A stretch of 64,000 nucleotides of DNA from positions 29,302 through 93,301 of the forward strand of contig CAOJKP010000001.1 of NCBI GenBank assembly GCA_948438085.1, written 5' to 3'. How positions within the stretch are numbered: position 1 is the stretch's first letter; each line of letters starts with the position of its first letter. The DNA comes from an uncultured Clostridium sp. (GTDB lineage: Bacteria > Bacillota > Clostridia > TANB77 > CAG-508). The position numbers and the translations under genes are program-made. Below the pieces are notes generated by a model. That model made no database searches. It saw only the letters and a program-made list of their open reading frames with translations, and was not told the DNA's origin. Shown here piece by piece: positions 49,399 through 61,400 of the stretch.

Positions 49399-50871
49399 AT
49401 GGAATTAAAGGAAATATTAATAGGAATAGAAGGAATAAAAGCTAAGGGAAATTTAGAATTAAATATAAAAAATATTGATTCAGATTCAAGAAATATAAAA
49501 AAAGACGGAATGTTTGTTGCAATACATGGGTTCGAAACAGATGGAGTAGAATATATTAATGATGCAATAGAAAATGGTGCTATTGCAATAATGGTTCAAG
49601 ATGATACAGACATAAAAAAATTAAAAATAAGTGATGATATAACATTATTAGTAGTTCCAGACACTAGAAAAGCACTTGCAATATGTGCTTGTAATTTTTA
49701 TGATAATCCATCAAAAAGTTTTAAATTAATAGGTGTAACAGGAACAAAGGGAAAAACAACAACTACATATATGATAAAAAAAATATTAGAAAAACAAGGA
49801 AAAAAAGTTGGTTTAATAGGAACAATAGCAACATATATTGGAGATAAAAAAATAGAAGAAAGTTCAAGAACTACACCAGAAAGTATAAAATTACAAAAAA
49901 TATTTTATGATATGAAAAAAGAAAAAGTTGATGTTGTAGTTATGGAAGTTTCTTCTCAAAGTTTAAAATTACATAGAGTAGATGGATGTGATTTCGATAT
50001 CGGAATATTTACAAATTTATCTCAAGAACATATTAGTAAAAATGAACATCCAGACATGAAGGATTATTTCGAATCAAAATTAAAATTATTTAATATGTGT
50101 AAAACAGCATATATAAATGCAGATGATATATATGGAGCCAAAATACCAAAATTAATAAATATACCAGAAATTAGTACATATGGAATAGATAATTTTTGTA
50201 ATTTTCTAGCAAAAGATATTACAATAACAAACTCATATGTAGATTTTAAAGCAAAAATTGATGGTAAAAATGAGAGAGTAAAAGTATGTATTCCAGGAAG
50301 ATTTAGTGTATATAATGCATTAGCTGCAATTTATGCTACTATCAAACTAGGAGCAAATGCAGAAAATATAAAAGAAGCACTTGATGAAGTCAGAGTTCCA
50401 GGTAGAAGTGAATTAGTAGATAATAAAAAAGAATTAGTTATAATGATAGATTATGCTCATACACCAGAAAGTTTAGAAAGTATACTACAAGCAGTAAAAT
50501 CTTACACAAAAGGAAGAGTAATTAGTGTATTTGGATGTGGAGGAGATAGAGATTCAGTAAAAAGACCACTCATGGGCGAGGTATCAGGAAGAATAGCAGA
50601 TTATACAATCATTACAAGTGATAATCCAAGAACAGAAAATCCAGATGAAATAATTTCTCAAATTGAAAAAGGAATAAAAAAGACAAAAGGTCAATATACA
50701 TGTATTACAGACAGAATTGAAGCAATAAAAAAAGCAATTGAAATGGCTAATAAAAAAGATATCATTGTATTAGCAGGAAAGGGACATGAATCATACCAAG
50801 AAATAAACCATGAGAAACATCCATTTGACGAAAGGATAATTGTTAAAGAAATAATAGACAAAATGAAATAA
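49399..50871 (+). CDS. murE: UDP-MurNAc-tripeptide synthetase MurE (meso-DAP type)
   Basis: GVTGTKGKTTT, TTPES, MEVSS, DYAHTP, FGCGGDRD, DNPR and AGKGHE motifs. Confidence 0.97.
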   Translation: MELKEILIGIEGIKAKGNLELNIKNIDSDSRNIKKDGMFVAIHGFETDGVEYINDAIENGAIAIMVQDDTDIKKLKISDDITLLVVPDTRKALAICACNFYDNPSKSFKLIGVTGTKGKTTTTYMIKKILEKQGKKVGLIGTIATYIGDKKIEESSRTTPESIKLQKIFYDMKKEKVDVVVMEVSSQSLKLHRVDGCDFDIGIFTNLSQEHISKNEHPDMKDYFESKLKLFNMCKTAYINADDIYGAKIPKLINIPEISTYGIDNFCNFLAKDITITNSYVDFKAKIDGKNERVKVCIPGRFSVYNALAAIYATIKLGANAENIKEALDEVRVPGRSELVDNKKELVIMIDYAHTPESLESILQAVKSYTKGRVISVFGCGGDRDSVKRPLMGEVSGRIADYTIITSDNPRTENPDEIISQIEKGIKKTKGQYTCITDRIEAIKKAIEMANKKDIIVLAGKGHESYQEINHEKHPFDERIIVKEIIDKMK

Positions 50872-50886
50872 AAACAAAAATGAAGG

Positions 50887-51873
50887 GTGAGAAAATTGAG
50901 TTTTCAAATAAAGATATTACTTATGTCATTTATAGCAACAGTAGTATTTTCGATATTAGTAATACCAATATTAAAAAAGTTAAAAGTTGGGCAAATTGAA
51001 AGAGATGATGGTCCAGAATCACATTTAGATAAACAAGGAACTCCAACAATGGGAGGGGTAATAATAGCAATTGCTATTACCTTAATTGCAGTATTCTTAA
51101 TATGGGATTATTCAAAAGACGACATTGAGACATCTAAAAGGCTTATTCCAATTCTATTAGTAACAATTGGTTTTGGAGTTGTAGGACTAATAGATGATAC
51201 AAAAAAAATTGTTTTTAAAAATACAAAAGGACTGAAACCAGCATATAAAATGATTGGATTACTTGCTATAGCAGTAATATATATTATTTATCTAGTAAAT
51301 GGATTAAAGCTAGAAACAGGAACATTTATACCATTTTTAAAAATTTATATAGATTTACCAATATGGGTATATATTCCATTTGCAATATTTGTAATGCTAG
51401 CAACTACAAATGCTATAAATTTAACAGACGGCGTAGATGGATTGTCTACATCTGTATCTGCAATTATAATTACATGTTTAACAATAATATCAATAATGCT
51501 GGATATTAAAGAAATAACGATATTTGGCACAGTTGTTATAGGAGTGTGTTTAGGATTTTTATTGTTTAATATGCACCCAGCAAAAGTATTTATGGGAGAT
51601 ACAGGATCTTTATTACTAGGTGGGATAGTTTCAGCAATGGCATTATATTTACAAATGCCACTAATTTTATTAATAATTGCAATAATCCCTGTATGTGAGA
51701 CATTATCTGTAATGTTACAAGTTACATATTTTAAAAAAACTGGTAATAGAATATTTAAAATGGCGCCACTACACCACCATTTTGAATTATCAGGTTGGGG
51801 AGAAAATAAAGTAGTTTCAATTTTTAGTATATGCACATTAATAGTATCAATTATAGGATTATTATCGATATAA
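50887..51873 (+). CDS. mraY: Phospho-N-acetylmuramoyl-pentapeptide transferase
   Basis: KQGTPTMGG, NAINLTDGVDGL, PAKVFMGDTGSL and MAPLHHHFE motifs. Confidence 0.97.
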   Translation: MRKLSFQIKILLMSFIATVVFSILVIPILKKLKVGQIERDDGPESHLDKQGTPTMGGVIIAIAITLIAVFLIWDYSKDDIETSKRLIPILLVTIGFGVVGLIDDTKKIVFKNTKGLKPAYKMIGLLAIAVIYIIYLVNGLKLETGTFIPFLKIYIDLPIWVYIPFAIFVMLATTNAINLTDGVDGLSTSVSAIIITCLTIISIMLDIKEITIFGTVVIGVCLGFLLFNMHPAKVFMGDTGSLLLGGIVSAMALYLQMPLILLIIAIIPVCETLSVMLQVTYFKKTGNRIFKMAPLHHHFELSGWGENKVVSIFSICTLIVSIIGLLSI

Positions 51874-51902
51874 ATGGGAGAAGCTTATGCATTTAGAAAG
51901 GA

Positions 51903-53070
51903 ATGTTAGAAATAATGCAAAAAAATTCTAAAAAAAATATAGAATTGAATACTAGTAAACCATTTGATTTTGTTTTGTTTATAACGGTATTAATATTATT
52001 ATCTATAGGAATAGTGATGGTACTTTCTGCAAGTTCTCCATCAGCACTATCTAAAATTGGAAATAGTTATGCATATGTTACAAGACAAGCGATGTTTGCA
52101 GTCCTTGGGATAATATTATTATTAGTTATTTCTAAAATCGATTATAGAATATGGGCAAAATTTTCAAATATTGCATATTGGGCTTCATTACTAGTTCTTC
52201 TTGCAGTTGCTATACCATCAATAGGTTCAGAATCGAAAGGTGCAACAAGATGGATAGACTTAGGATTTACAACAATTCAGCCATCAGAATTTGCAAAAAT
52301 AGCGCTTATAATATTTTATGCAACATGGTTAACAAAAAACAAAAATAAATTAAAAGATATAAAAACAGGATTTTTTATACCAATCATGTATTTTATACCA
52401 ATAGCACTTATCTTAGTGTTTCTTCAAGACCATTTAAGTGTTACATTAGTAATAATGATAGTTATATCAATAATGATGATTATGGCAGGAACAAAGTTAT
52501 CATACTTTTTAACATTCCGGAACATTAGGAGTTGCAGGAGCAGGTGTTGGAATGTATATACTTGCAAAAGTTACAGGAAAGGGAGCATTTAGATTAACTA
52601 GAATAACCACATTCTTAAATCCATGGAACGATCCAACAGATACTGGATGGCAAATAATACAAAGTCTTTATGCAATTGGTTCAGGAGGGCTATTTGGTGC
52701 AGGTTTAGGAGAAAGCAAGCAAAAATTTTTATATATTCCAGAGCCACATAATGATTTTATATTTTCAATTTTAGCAGAAGAATTGGGTTTTATTGGATGT
52801 GCAGTTGTAATAATATTATTTGCAATATTTATATGGAGAGGTCTATTAATAGCTATGAAAGCTCCAGATATGTTTGGAAGTATGCTAGCAGTTGGAATTA
52901 CATCTTTAATTGGATTACAAGCAATAATGAATATAGCAGTTGTAACATCATCTATGCCTAATACTGGTATTCCATTGCCATTTTTTGGCTATGGAGGTAC
53001 AGCCTTAGTAATTGTTCTTTGTGCAGTAGGAATATTATTAAATATATCTAGGTCAAGTAAAAAGGTATAA
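51903..53070 (+). CDS. ftsW: SEDS protein SpoVE/FtsW, requiring a +1 shift at CGG 52518 (start may be 51915)
   Basis: GATRWI..IQPSEFAK lies before the shift. TF-[C]GGA ACA TTA gives GTLGVAGAGVGMY, leading into FLNPW, GSGGLFG, PEPHNDFIF and GIPLPFFGYGG. Confidence 0.9.
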
Positions 53071-53091
53071 ATTATATAGAAGGAGAAATAC

Positions 53092-54192
53092 ATGAAGGTT
53101 GTAATTGCGTGTGCAGGAACAGGAGGACATATTAATCCTGGAATAGCAATAGCCAATAAAATAAAAAAAGAAGATAAAATGGCTAAAATTATTTTTATTG
53201 GAACAAACCGTGGTTTAGAAAATGATTTGGTTCCAAGAGCAGGGTATGAACTAAAAACAGTAGAAGCATATGGACTTAGTAAAAAAATTAATTTAACTAC
53301 CATAATAAATAATATAAAAACATTAAGAAGTATAAAAAGAGCAAAAGAAATTATGAAACAGTTTAAACCTGATATTGTAATAGGAACAGGTGGGTATATA
53401 TGCGGACCAGTGATATTAGCAGCATCTAAGTTAAAAATACCTACTCTATTACATGAAAGTAATGCATTTCCAGGTAAGGCAGTTAAAATGTTAGCTAAAA
53501 GAGTAGATACAATATTAGTATCTTTTAATGAGGCAAAGCCAAGAATAAAAAATGCAAAGAAAATTGTACTTACAGGAACTCCAACAAAAATAAAAAAAAT
53601 GGAAATGACTAGTGAACAAAAAGAAAAAATAATAAGCGAAGTAGGATTAAATAAAGACAAACCAATAGTTTTAATTTTTGGTGGAAGTCAAGGAGCAAAA
53701 GCAATAAATGATACAATTGTAAAATTAATTAATAGTAAATTAAATAGAAAATATCAAATAATTTGGGCTCCAGGGCAAAAGCAATATGAATACGTAAAAG
53801 AAAATATAAAAGTAAAATTAGAAGGAGTAAAAATAGTTCCATATATATATAATATGGAACAAGTGCTGAATATTTGTGATTTAGTAATATCAAGGAGTGG
53901 AGCTATGACTATAACGGAAATTTCAAAAGTAGGAAAACCTGCTATATTTGTTCCATTACCAAACGTAAGCAATAATCATCAAGAATATAATGCAAAAGTA
54001 CTAGAAAATGTAGAAGCAGCATTTATTATTAAAAATGATGAATTAAACGAAAATAATTTAAATCGAAAAATAGAACAGATTATAACAAGTAAGGAAACAA
54101 TAGAAAAGATGAGCAATAATGCACAAAAAATAGATATAGATAATGTTGAAGATAAAATATATGAAGAAATCAGAAAACTAACAGAAAGGTAG
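53092..54192 (+). CDS. murG: Undecaprenyl-PP-MurNAc-pentapeptide GlcNAc transferase MurG
   Basis: GTGGHINP, GTGGY, HESN, GGSQGA, SRSGA and HQEYNA motifs. Confidence 0.97.
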   Translation: MKVVIACAGTGGHINPGIAIANKIKKEDKMAKIIFIGTNRGLENDLVPRAGYELKTVEAYGLSKKINLTTIINNIKTLRSIKRAKEIMKQFKPDIVIGTGGYICGPVILAASKLKIPTLLHESNAFPGKAVKMLAKRVDTILVSFNEAKPRIKNAKKIVLTGTPTKIKKMEMTSEQKEKIISEVGLNKDKPIVLIFGGSQGAKAINDTIVKLINSKLNRKYQIIWAPGQKQYEYVKENIKVKLEGVKIVPYIYNMEQVLNICDLVISRSGAMTITEISKVGKPAIFVPLPNVSNNHQEYNAKVLENVEAAFIIKNDELNENNLNRKIEQIITSKETIEKMSNNAQKIDIDNVEDKIYEEIRKLTER

Positions 54193-54289
54193 AACTTTTC
54201 TGTTAGTTTTTTGATTATTATAGAAAAAAACAAATTAATATGTTATATTAATTTTAAAGAGGTAATTTAAAAATATAAGGAGAAATAAA

Positions 54290-57200
54290 ATGGAATCAAA
54301 AAATGAAGAAAAGAATGTAAAAAAAAGTACTAATAATATTGAAGATATAAAAGAATATGATGAAGAAAAAGAATATACTGCAGATGAGATTATGAATAGA
54401 ATAATGAAAATTAAAAATATAGAAAATAAAGACTATGAGTTTGAATGGAACGTACCAAATGGATTAAGATTTTTATCAGATAATACAATAGATATCATAT
54501 GTAAAATACTAGAAAAGGGAAATTGTAAAATAAAAGAAGTTGAAAGAAATGACAAAAGTAAATTAATTGAATTTAATTCAAATGTAACAACCATATGCTT
54601 TATAAGTAAAGAAAACGCAATAGAAAAATTAGATAAAAATGAGGTAGTAGGTTTAAATGAAAAATTTACTTATTCAAAATACTACTATGATAATAATGTT
54701 TGCGTGGGATGTAAATATGATAGGTGTCCAAAATTTTATGCAGGATATATTATATACTTAAAAAATAAAGGATTATTGCCACAAAAATTACAAGATAGAG
54801 AGGAATTTAGAAAAAACACATTTAAAAGTGACTACTTTACTTTTAAATGGGAAACTAAAAAAGGTACATTAAGCACAATTCCAGAAAAAACATTTGAATT
54901 TTGTATGGAATTATTAAACAGAGGATTAGTACATGTAATGCCAGGATTAACAGAGCAAGGACATATAAAAATATATGAACCATTTACATGTAAGGATTTT
55001 GCTTTTATGAATGATGATACTAAAAGATTGCCAAATCAAATAAATAAATACGAAAAATGGTATTACTATACAAGGTCACATAAGGAGCTACTAAAATTCT
55101 GTGATGGGTATTCATGTAGACTAGATGCATGTACAGGAACAATAGCAGGATATTTATATTATCTAAAAAGATGTGGCAGAGAAAAGCAGATAGAAGAAGA
55201 AAGAAAGTATTATAATGAGCATAAAGATGAAATAGAAAAACAAAATCAAAAAGAGAGGCAAGAAAAACTAGAATCATTAGAAAAATTAACCAATGAAAAT
55301 ATTAAAGAATTAAAAAAGTTTAAATATAAAATAAAAAATATAGAAAATTTAATTAATAATATTAGAATATGGAATCAAAAAAATTTACATATTACATTAG
55401 AGGGAAATGACTTAAAAATAAAAGAAATATGTGAAAATAAAATTATTGATATTTTAAAAAATACAGATAAGGTAAGAAGTGCAGCATATAGAAAAATTTC
55501 ATTACAAAATATAGCAGCAGAAAATACATATATTTATACAAGTAGGACAGATGTTAATGGCAATAAATGGCCTGTTTACGATGCAACTACATTTAAACCA
55601 ATACAAAATGATATGGTATTTATAATAACAGGAATTAAAGAATTTGTTAATGACTATAAATTATATAAAAATATTCCACAAAGTGAATATAAAGAGATAA
55701 GGAATAAGCAATTTGAGCATACTATAGATATGTTAACTGATTTGTCTTCTGAAAGTTATATAATATTAGATTCTACACAAGAAGAAATCGATGAGTTAAT
55801 TGAACTAAACCCAAAATTGAAATTTGTTTTTCAAGAAAATAGATATAAAGTTGAAGATACTTCTATTGATGAAATGTTTGAAATATATCTAAAGGATATA
55901 AAACCAGAATTATTAGAGGAATTGAGGATTAAAGAAAAAGAAATTAAAACAAAATTTGTTGAATATGTTGGTATGAATAAAGAATTTGTACCATTTTCTG
56001 AAATAGAATTTGCAAGGTATTTAGCAGCTTATAATAATTCAAGAAATGATTTTGTATTTCCAGCAAATGTGTATAAAAAAGAGACTGTTGATGAAAGCTT
56101 AGAGAATATTATTGGAATGCAAAAAGTAAAAGAAAAAGTAAAAGAATTTGAAAAATATGCTCTTTTTACAATAAAAGCTAAAACATTAGGAATGAAACTT
56201 CAAAAATCAAATCTGCACATGGTGTTTACAGGAAATCCAGGAACAGGTAAAACAATGGTTGCAAGAATTATGGCAAAAATGCTTTATGATTTAGGATTAA
56301 TTAAAGAGAATAAATTAGTGGAAGTTGAAAGAAAGGACTTGGTTGCAGCATATATTGGGCAAACTGCTATAAAAACAAGTGAAATATTAGAAAAGGCCAT
56401 GGGTGGAGTTTTATTTATAGATGAAGCATATACTTTATATAATAAAGCTGAAAATGATTTTGGAAAAGAAGCAATATCAACAATTATTAAGACAATGGAA
56501 GATAAAAAAGATGAAATAGTAATAATATTTGCTGGATATAGAGATGAGATGTTTGATTTTTTAAAAATTAATCCAGGAATTAAATCGAGAATAGGGTATA
56601 CATTTGACTTTTTGGATTATACATCAAATGAATTAACCCAAATGTTTGTAAAGAAAACTGAAAAAATGGGATTTACATTGGAGAGTGGTGTTGAGAAAAA
56701 AATCAATGAAATTTGTGAATACTTTACAGGCAAAAAGTCTTTTGGAAATGGAAGATTTATTGATAAATTAATTCAAGAAGTAATTATAAACCATGCAGTA
56801 AATAGTAGTAAAGAAGTAAAGAAAATAGTTATTAAAGATATTCCTAATATTGAAGAGCTAAACAATTCAAATTCATCAGGAAAAACAGCAACCGAATTAA
56901 TGGAAAATTTGATTGGAATGAAGGAAATAAAAGAAAAGTTAAAAGAGTTTGAAGCATATATAAGTTTTTTAAAAGAAGCCAAGGAAAATAATATAAAAAT
57001 TCCAAAACAAAATATACATATGGTATTTACAGGAAATTCTGGAACTGGAAAAACGACAGTAGCAAGGATTGTGGCAGAAGCATTATATGATTTAGGAGTA
57101 ATACATGAGAACAAATTAGTAGAAGTTGAAAGAAAAGATTTGGTTGCCGAATATGTTGGGCAAACAGCAATAAAAACAGCAAATGTTATAGAAAAAGCCA

Positions 57201-58243
57201 TGGGTGGAGTTTTATTTATAGATGAAGCATATACTTTATATAATAAATCTGAAAGTGATTTTGGACAAGAAGCATTAGCTACTATAATAAAAGCAATGGA
57301 AGATAAAAAAGACGAAATAGTAATAATATTTGCAGGATATAAAAAAGAGATGCAAAACTTTATGGCTATGAATTCTGGTGTTTTTTCAAGAATAGGGTAT
57401 ACATTTGATTTTCCTGATTATGACGAAAATGAATACTGTGAAATATTTTATAAAAAAGTAGAATCTGCGAATATGAAACTAGAAGAAGATGCAAAAGAAA
57501 ATGTATTAATATTAATGAAATACTTTCATAATGTAGAAAACATAGGAAATGGAAGATTTGTTGATAAAGTAATGCAAGAAACATTAATGAAACATGCTAA
57601 AAATAAAGAAAGAAAAATAGATACAATAAAAAAAGAAGAAATTCCTACAATTCAAGAAATGACAAAACAAATTTTTAATGGGAACTATATGATAGATCCA
57701 AGTAGAATTACTAACGAAGATAAAAAAGAAGTTGCTATACATGAAGTAGGACATGCTCTTTTAAGATATTTATTATTTGAGACACCAGGAATAAAAAAGA
57801 TAGTTATTAATGCAGAAGGAACTGGAACTCTTGGGTATGTTTCATATAACGAAGAGACAATGAAATACACTTCTAAAAAATCTGAAATATTAAATAGAAT
57901 TATGGTATCAATGGGAGGCATGGCTGCTGAAAAAGTCTATTTAGGAGAATTTGCAAATGGAAATTCAAGCGATTTAGAAAAAGCAACTGAACTTGCTAAG
58001 AATATGGTGGCAACTTATGGTATGTCAGAATTAGGATATGGTCAAATAAAAAACCCAGACAATAGAATGTCAGAAATAATGCAAAATGAAATAAATAAAA
58101 TTTTAGAAGAATGCTTTGAAAAAACACAAGAAAAAATAGAACAAAATAAAGAAAAAATGGATAAAATAATAGCATATCTAATGGAAAAAACTGAAATAGA
58201 TGAAGAAGAATTTATTAAAGTATACAAAGAAAAAAATAGCTAA
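54290..58243 (+). CDS. Soluble protein with two SpoVK/CbxX-type AAA+ domains and a C-terminal M41 (FtsH-like) peptidase domain
   Basis: HMVFTGNPGTGKT and HMVFTGNSGTGKT, GGVLFIDEAY twice, and FGNGRF/IGNGRF. Then AIHEVGHA, MGGMAAE, SDLEKAT and YGMS. Confidence 0.85.
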   Translation: MESKNEEKNVKKSTNNIEDIKEYDEEKEYTADEIMNRIMKIKNIENKDYEFEWNVPNGLRFLSDNTIDIICKILEKGNCKIKEVERNDKSKLIEFNSNVTTICFISKENAIEKLDKNEVVGLNEKFTYSKYYYDNNVCVGCKYDRCPKFYAGYIIYLKNKGLLPQKLQDREEFRKNTFKSDYFTFKWETKKGTLSTIPEKTFEFCMELLNRGLVHVMPGLTEQGHIKIYEPFTCKDFAFMNDDTKRLPNQINKYEKWYYYTRSHKELLKFCDGYSCRLDACTGTIAGYLYYLKRCGREKQIEEERKYYNEHKDEIEKQNQKERQEKLESLEKLTNENIKELKKFKYKIKNIENLINNIRIWNQKNLHITLEGNDLKIKEICENKIIDILKNTDKVRSAAYRKISLQNIAAENTYIYTSRTDVNGNKWPVYDATTFKPIQNDMVFIITGIKEFVNDYKLYKNIPQSEYKEIRNKQFEHTIDMLTDLSSESYIILDSTQEEIDELIELNPKLKFVFQENRYKVEDTSIDEMFEIYLKDIKPELLEELRIKEKEIKTKFVEYVGMNKEFVPFSEIEFARYLAAYNNSRNDFVFPANVYKKETVDESLENIIGMQKVKEKVKEFEKYALFTIKAKTLGMKLQKSNLHMVFTGNPGTGKTMVARIMAKMLYDLGLIKENKLVEVERKDLVAAYIGQTAIKTSEILEKAMGGVLFIDEAYTLYNKAENDFGKEAISTIIKTMEDKKDEIVIIFAGYRDEMFDFLKINPGIKSRIGYTFDFLDYTSNELTQMFVKKTEKMGFTLESGVEKKINEICEYFTGKKSFGNGRFIDKLIQEVIINHAVNSSKEVKKIVIKDIPNIEELNNSNSSGKTATELMENLIGMKEIKEKLKEFEAYISFLKEAKENNIKIPKQNIHMVFTGNSGTGKTTVARIVAEALYDLGVIHENKLVEVERKDLVAEYVGQTAIKTANVIEKAMGGVLFIDEAYTLYNKSESDFGQEALATIIKAMEDKKDEIVIIFAGYKKEMQNFMAMNSGVFSRIGYTFDFPDYDENEYCEIFYKKVESANMKLEEDAKENVLILMKYFHNVENIGNGRFVDKVMQETLMKHAKNKERKIDTIKKEEIPTIQEMTKQIFNGNYMIDPSRITNEDKKEVAIHEVGHALLRYLLFETPGIKKIVINAEGTGTLGYVSYNEETMKYTSKKSEILNRIMVSMGGMAAEKVYLGEFANGNSSDLEKATELAKNMVATYGMSELGYGQIKNPDNRMSEIMQNEINKILEECFEKTQEKIEQNKEKMDKIIAYLMEKTEIDEEEFIKVYKEKNS

Positions 58244-58251
58244 TAAGAAGT

Positions 58252-58276
58252 GTATGGGCGCCCTTTGGGCGTCCGT
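58252..58276 (+). repeat. REP-like palindrome variant
   Basis: GTATGGGCGCCCTTTGGGCGTCCGT; stem changes relative to other copies preserve pairing. Confidence 0.65.
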
Positions 58277-58431
58277 TTTCAATAAAATGCAAAAAAGTTC
58301 CTTTAACAAAGCATAATTCTAATGTTACTGTCAAAATATAATTATTTTATATTAAAAAATTATCAAATACTTTGAAAAAATAAAAAAAAGTGATATAATA
58401 TTAAGGCTATTTGAAAAGGAGAGAATTTTTT

Positions 58432-61400
58432 ATGGAAAAGCAACCTGAAAAAGAAGAAAAAAAACCTAAAGATAGATATATAGAATTTAAAGATTTAATA
58501 AACACATTTTATGAAGATGAAGATAATTATATAGAAGAAACTACAATTTCTCATTCACGAATATTAGATAAAAATATAAACTTAATTCCAAAATTAATAT
58601 ATGATAAATACACTAAGGAATTGAAACTTGAATTAAAAATAGGAAACTCAAATCAATTATATAAAATAAAAGATATAATAAGCTTTTATGAAAAAATGAA
58701 AAATAAAGAAATATATAAATATGGTACAAAACTTGAATTTTTGCATACAGAAGAATCGTTTAATAAAGATAGTATAGAATTACTAAAATTTGTAATGAAA
58801 AATGCGGAAATAATGAAATATTTAACAAATACTTCAAATAACTTATATAAAAATTATGGACCAATGCAAAATAATTCAGGTATTATATTAAGCAATACAT
58901 CTCTTGACGAACTATTTTCTATACTTAAAGGAAAAAATGTATTATTTGAAAAAGATTATATAACAAATGAAGTCTTATTTACAGAAGAAAAGCCAGACAT
59001 AAAATTTGAAATTGGAAAAGAAAATGAAGAAGAATATAAAATTGTATGTAATATAGATACATATAATACATACGAAGTTTTTTATGGAAAAGAGAATATA
59101 TATTTATTATATAACAACTCTTTATATCAATGTGAAAATTCATATAAAGAATCAACTTTAAAAATATTAGATGTATTTAAAAGGAACTATACAAGCAAAA
59201 TAAAATTTGCAAAGGAGCAATTGCCAAATTTTTTCTCAATAATTTTACCAAAAGTAGAAGACGATATAATATTAGCAAAAGATGATGAAGAAGAGTTAAT
59301 GCAATGCATGCCACAAAAACTAGAAGTAAGAATGTTTTTAGAATGCAATGATAAAAATTATATAATAGCAACTGTGTTATTTAGATATAATAATTTAGAA
59401 TTTAACCCAATAAAAGAAAGCATAGATATTCCAAGGAATTCAGTTAATGAAGCAAAAGTTCTTAATATGTTACGAAAATCTGGATTTATGTTAGATAAAA
59501 AAAATGCAAGATTTGTACTAACACAAGATAATGATATATATGAATTTTTAACAAATGGGGTAAATGAATATATAAATAAATATGAAGTGTTAACAACAAA
59601 TGACTTTCTAAAAAAACAAGTAAAACAAGCACATATTAACAATGTGGGAGTAAAAGTGGAAAACAATCTTCTAAAAATAGATTTAAGTGGATTTAATTTT
59701 AATAAAAATGAATTAAAGGAGATTTTAAAAAAATATAATCTGAAAAAAAGGTTTCATAAATTAAAGGATGGAAGTTTTTTAAGTATAGAAAATAGTCAAG
59801 ATTTAGAATTTATAAATGATTTAATAGAAGGAACAGAATTTGAATATAAAGACTTTGAAAATGAACAAATTATTTTACCAATGCATAGAAGTTTATACAT
59901 AAATAGAATTCTAGAAAAATTAGATAGTAAAAATATAAGTAAGAATCAAGAATATAAGCAAATTGTTTCAAAAGTTGAAGAAAAAAATAGTATAGAAGAA
60001 ATAACTATACCTAATGAAGTAAATAATATTTTAAGAAATTATCAAAAAGTTGGATATAGATGGTTAAAAACATTAGATGAATATAATTTTTCAGGAATAC
60101 TTGCAGATGATATGGGATTAGGAAAAACCCTACAAATAATATCAATTATGTTAGAGTATATAGAAAACACAAAACAAAATAAGGAACCAATAATTGTTGT
60201 ATGTCCAAGTTCATTATCTCTAAATTGGAAGAGTGAAATTGAAAAATTTGCACCTAATATAAAAACACTTGTTATATCAGGTGGAACTTCAACAAGAAAA
60301 CAACAAATAAATTCCATAGGAGAATATGATGTTGTAATTACATCATATGATTTATTAAAAAGAGATATAGAATTTTACAATGAAAAAAACTATATATTTA
60401 GGTACATAATAGCAGATGAAGCACAATATATTAAAAATAGTAATACAAAAAATGCAAAAGCAATAAAGCAAATTAATGGTAGAACAAAATATGCTTTAAC
60501 AGGAACTCCTATTGAAAATTCATTATCAGAATTATGGTCTATATTTGATTTTTTAATGCCAGGTTATTTATTTAGTTATAACAAATTTAAAGAAAAATAT
60601 GAAATACCAATATTATCTAAAGAAAATAATGAAGCAATGGAAAAGTTAAAAATGGAAATAGAACCATTTATATTAAGAAGAACAAAAAAGCAAGTATTAA
60701 CAGAGCTTCCAGATAAAACTATAACTGTATTAAACAATGAAATGGAAGAAACTCAACAAAAAGTTTATTTGTCATATTTAGCACAAGCAAGAAGTGAATT
60801 GCAACAAGAATTAGAGATAAATGGATTAGAAAATAGTAGGATAAAAATATTAGCACTTTTAACAAGATTAAGGCAAATATGTTGTCACCCAAATTTATTT
60901 ATAACAAACTATAAAGGTGAGTCTAGCAAATTAAACCAATGTATAGAAATATTAAAAGATGCAATACAAAGTGGACACAAAATTTTACTTTTTTCAGGTT
61001 ATACATCTATGTTTGAAATAATTGAAGAAAAGTTGAAGGAAGAGAATATAAGCTATTTTAAACTAACAGGACAAACTAAAATATCAAATAGATTGCAATT
61101 AGTAGAAGAATTTAATAAAAATCCAAACATAAAAGTATTTTTAATATCATTAAAAGCAGGAGGAACAGGACTTAATTTAACAGGTGCAGATATGGTAATA
61201 CATTATGACCCATGGTGGAATATAGCAGCAGAGAATCAAGCAACAGATAGGGCATATAGAATTGGGCAAAAAAATAATGTACAAGTATATAAGCTGATTA
61301 CAAAAAATTCTATTGAAGAAAAGATTTATGAGTTACAAGAGAAAAAGGCAAAATTAATAGATGATGTGCTTAACACAAAAACATCTTTTATTTCAAAATT

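Noticed and set aside
51903-53070. Calling ftsW/spoVE, trmFO and recombinases B and C pseudogenes or separate gene pairs
   Set aside because: All breaks share the same CGG/+1/Gly signature and the joined products are full length with no other lesions. They are treated as recoded (or artefactually split) single genes.
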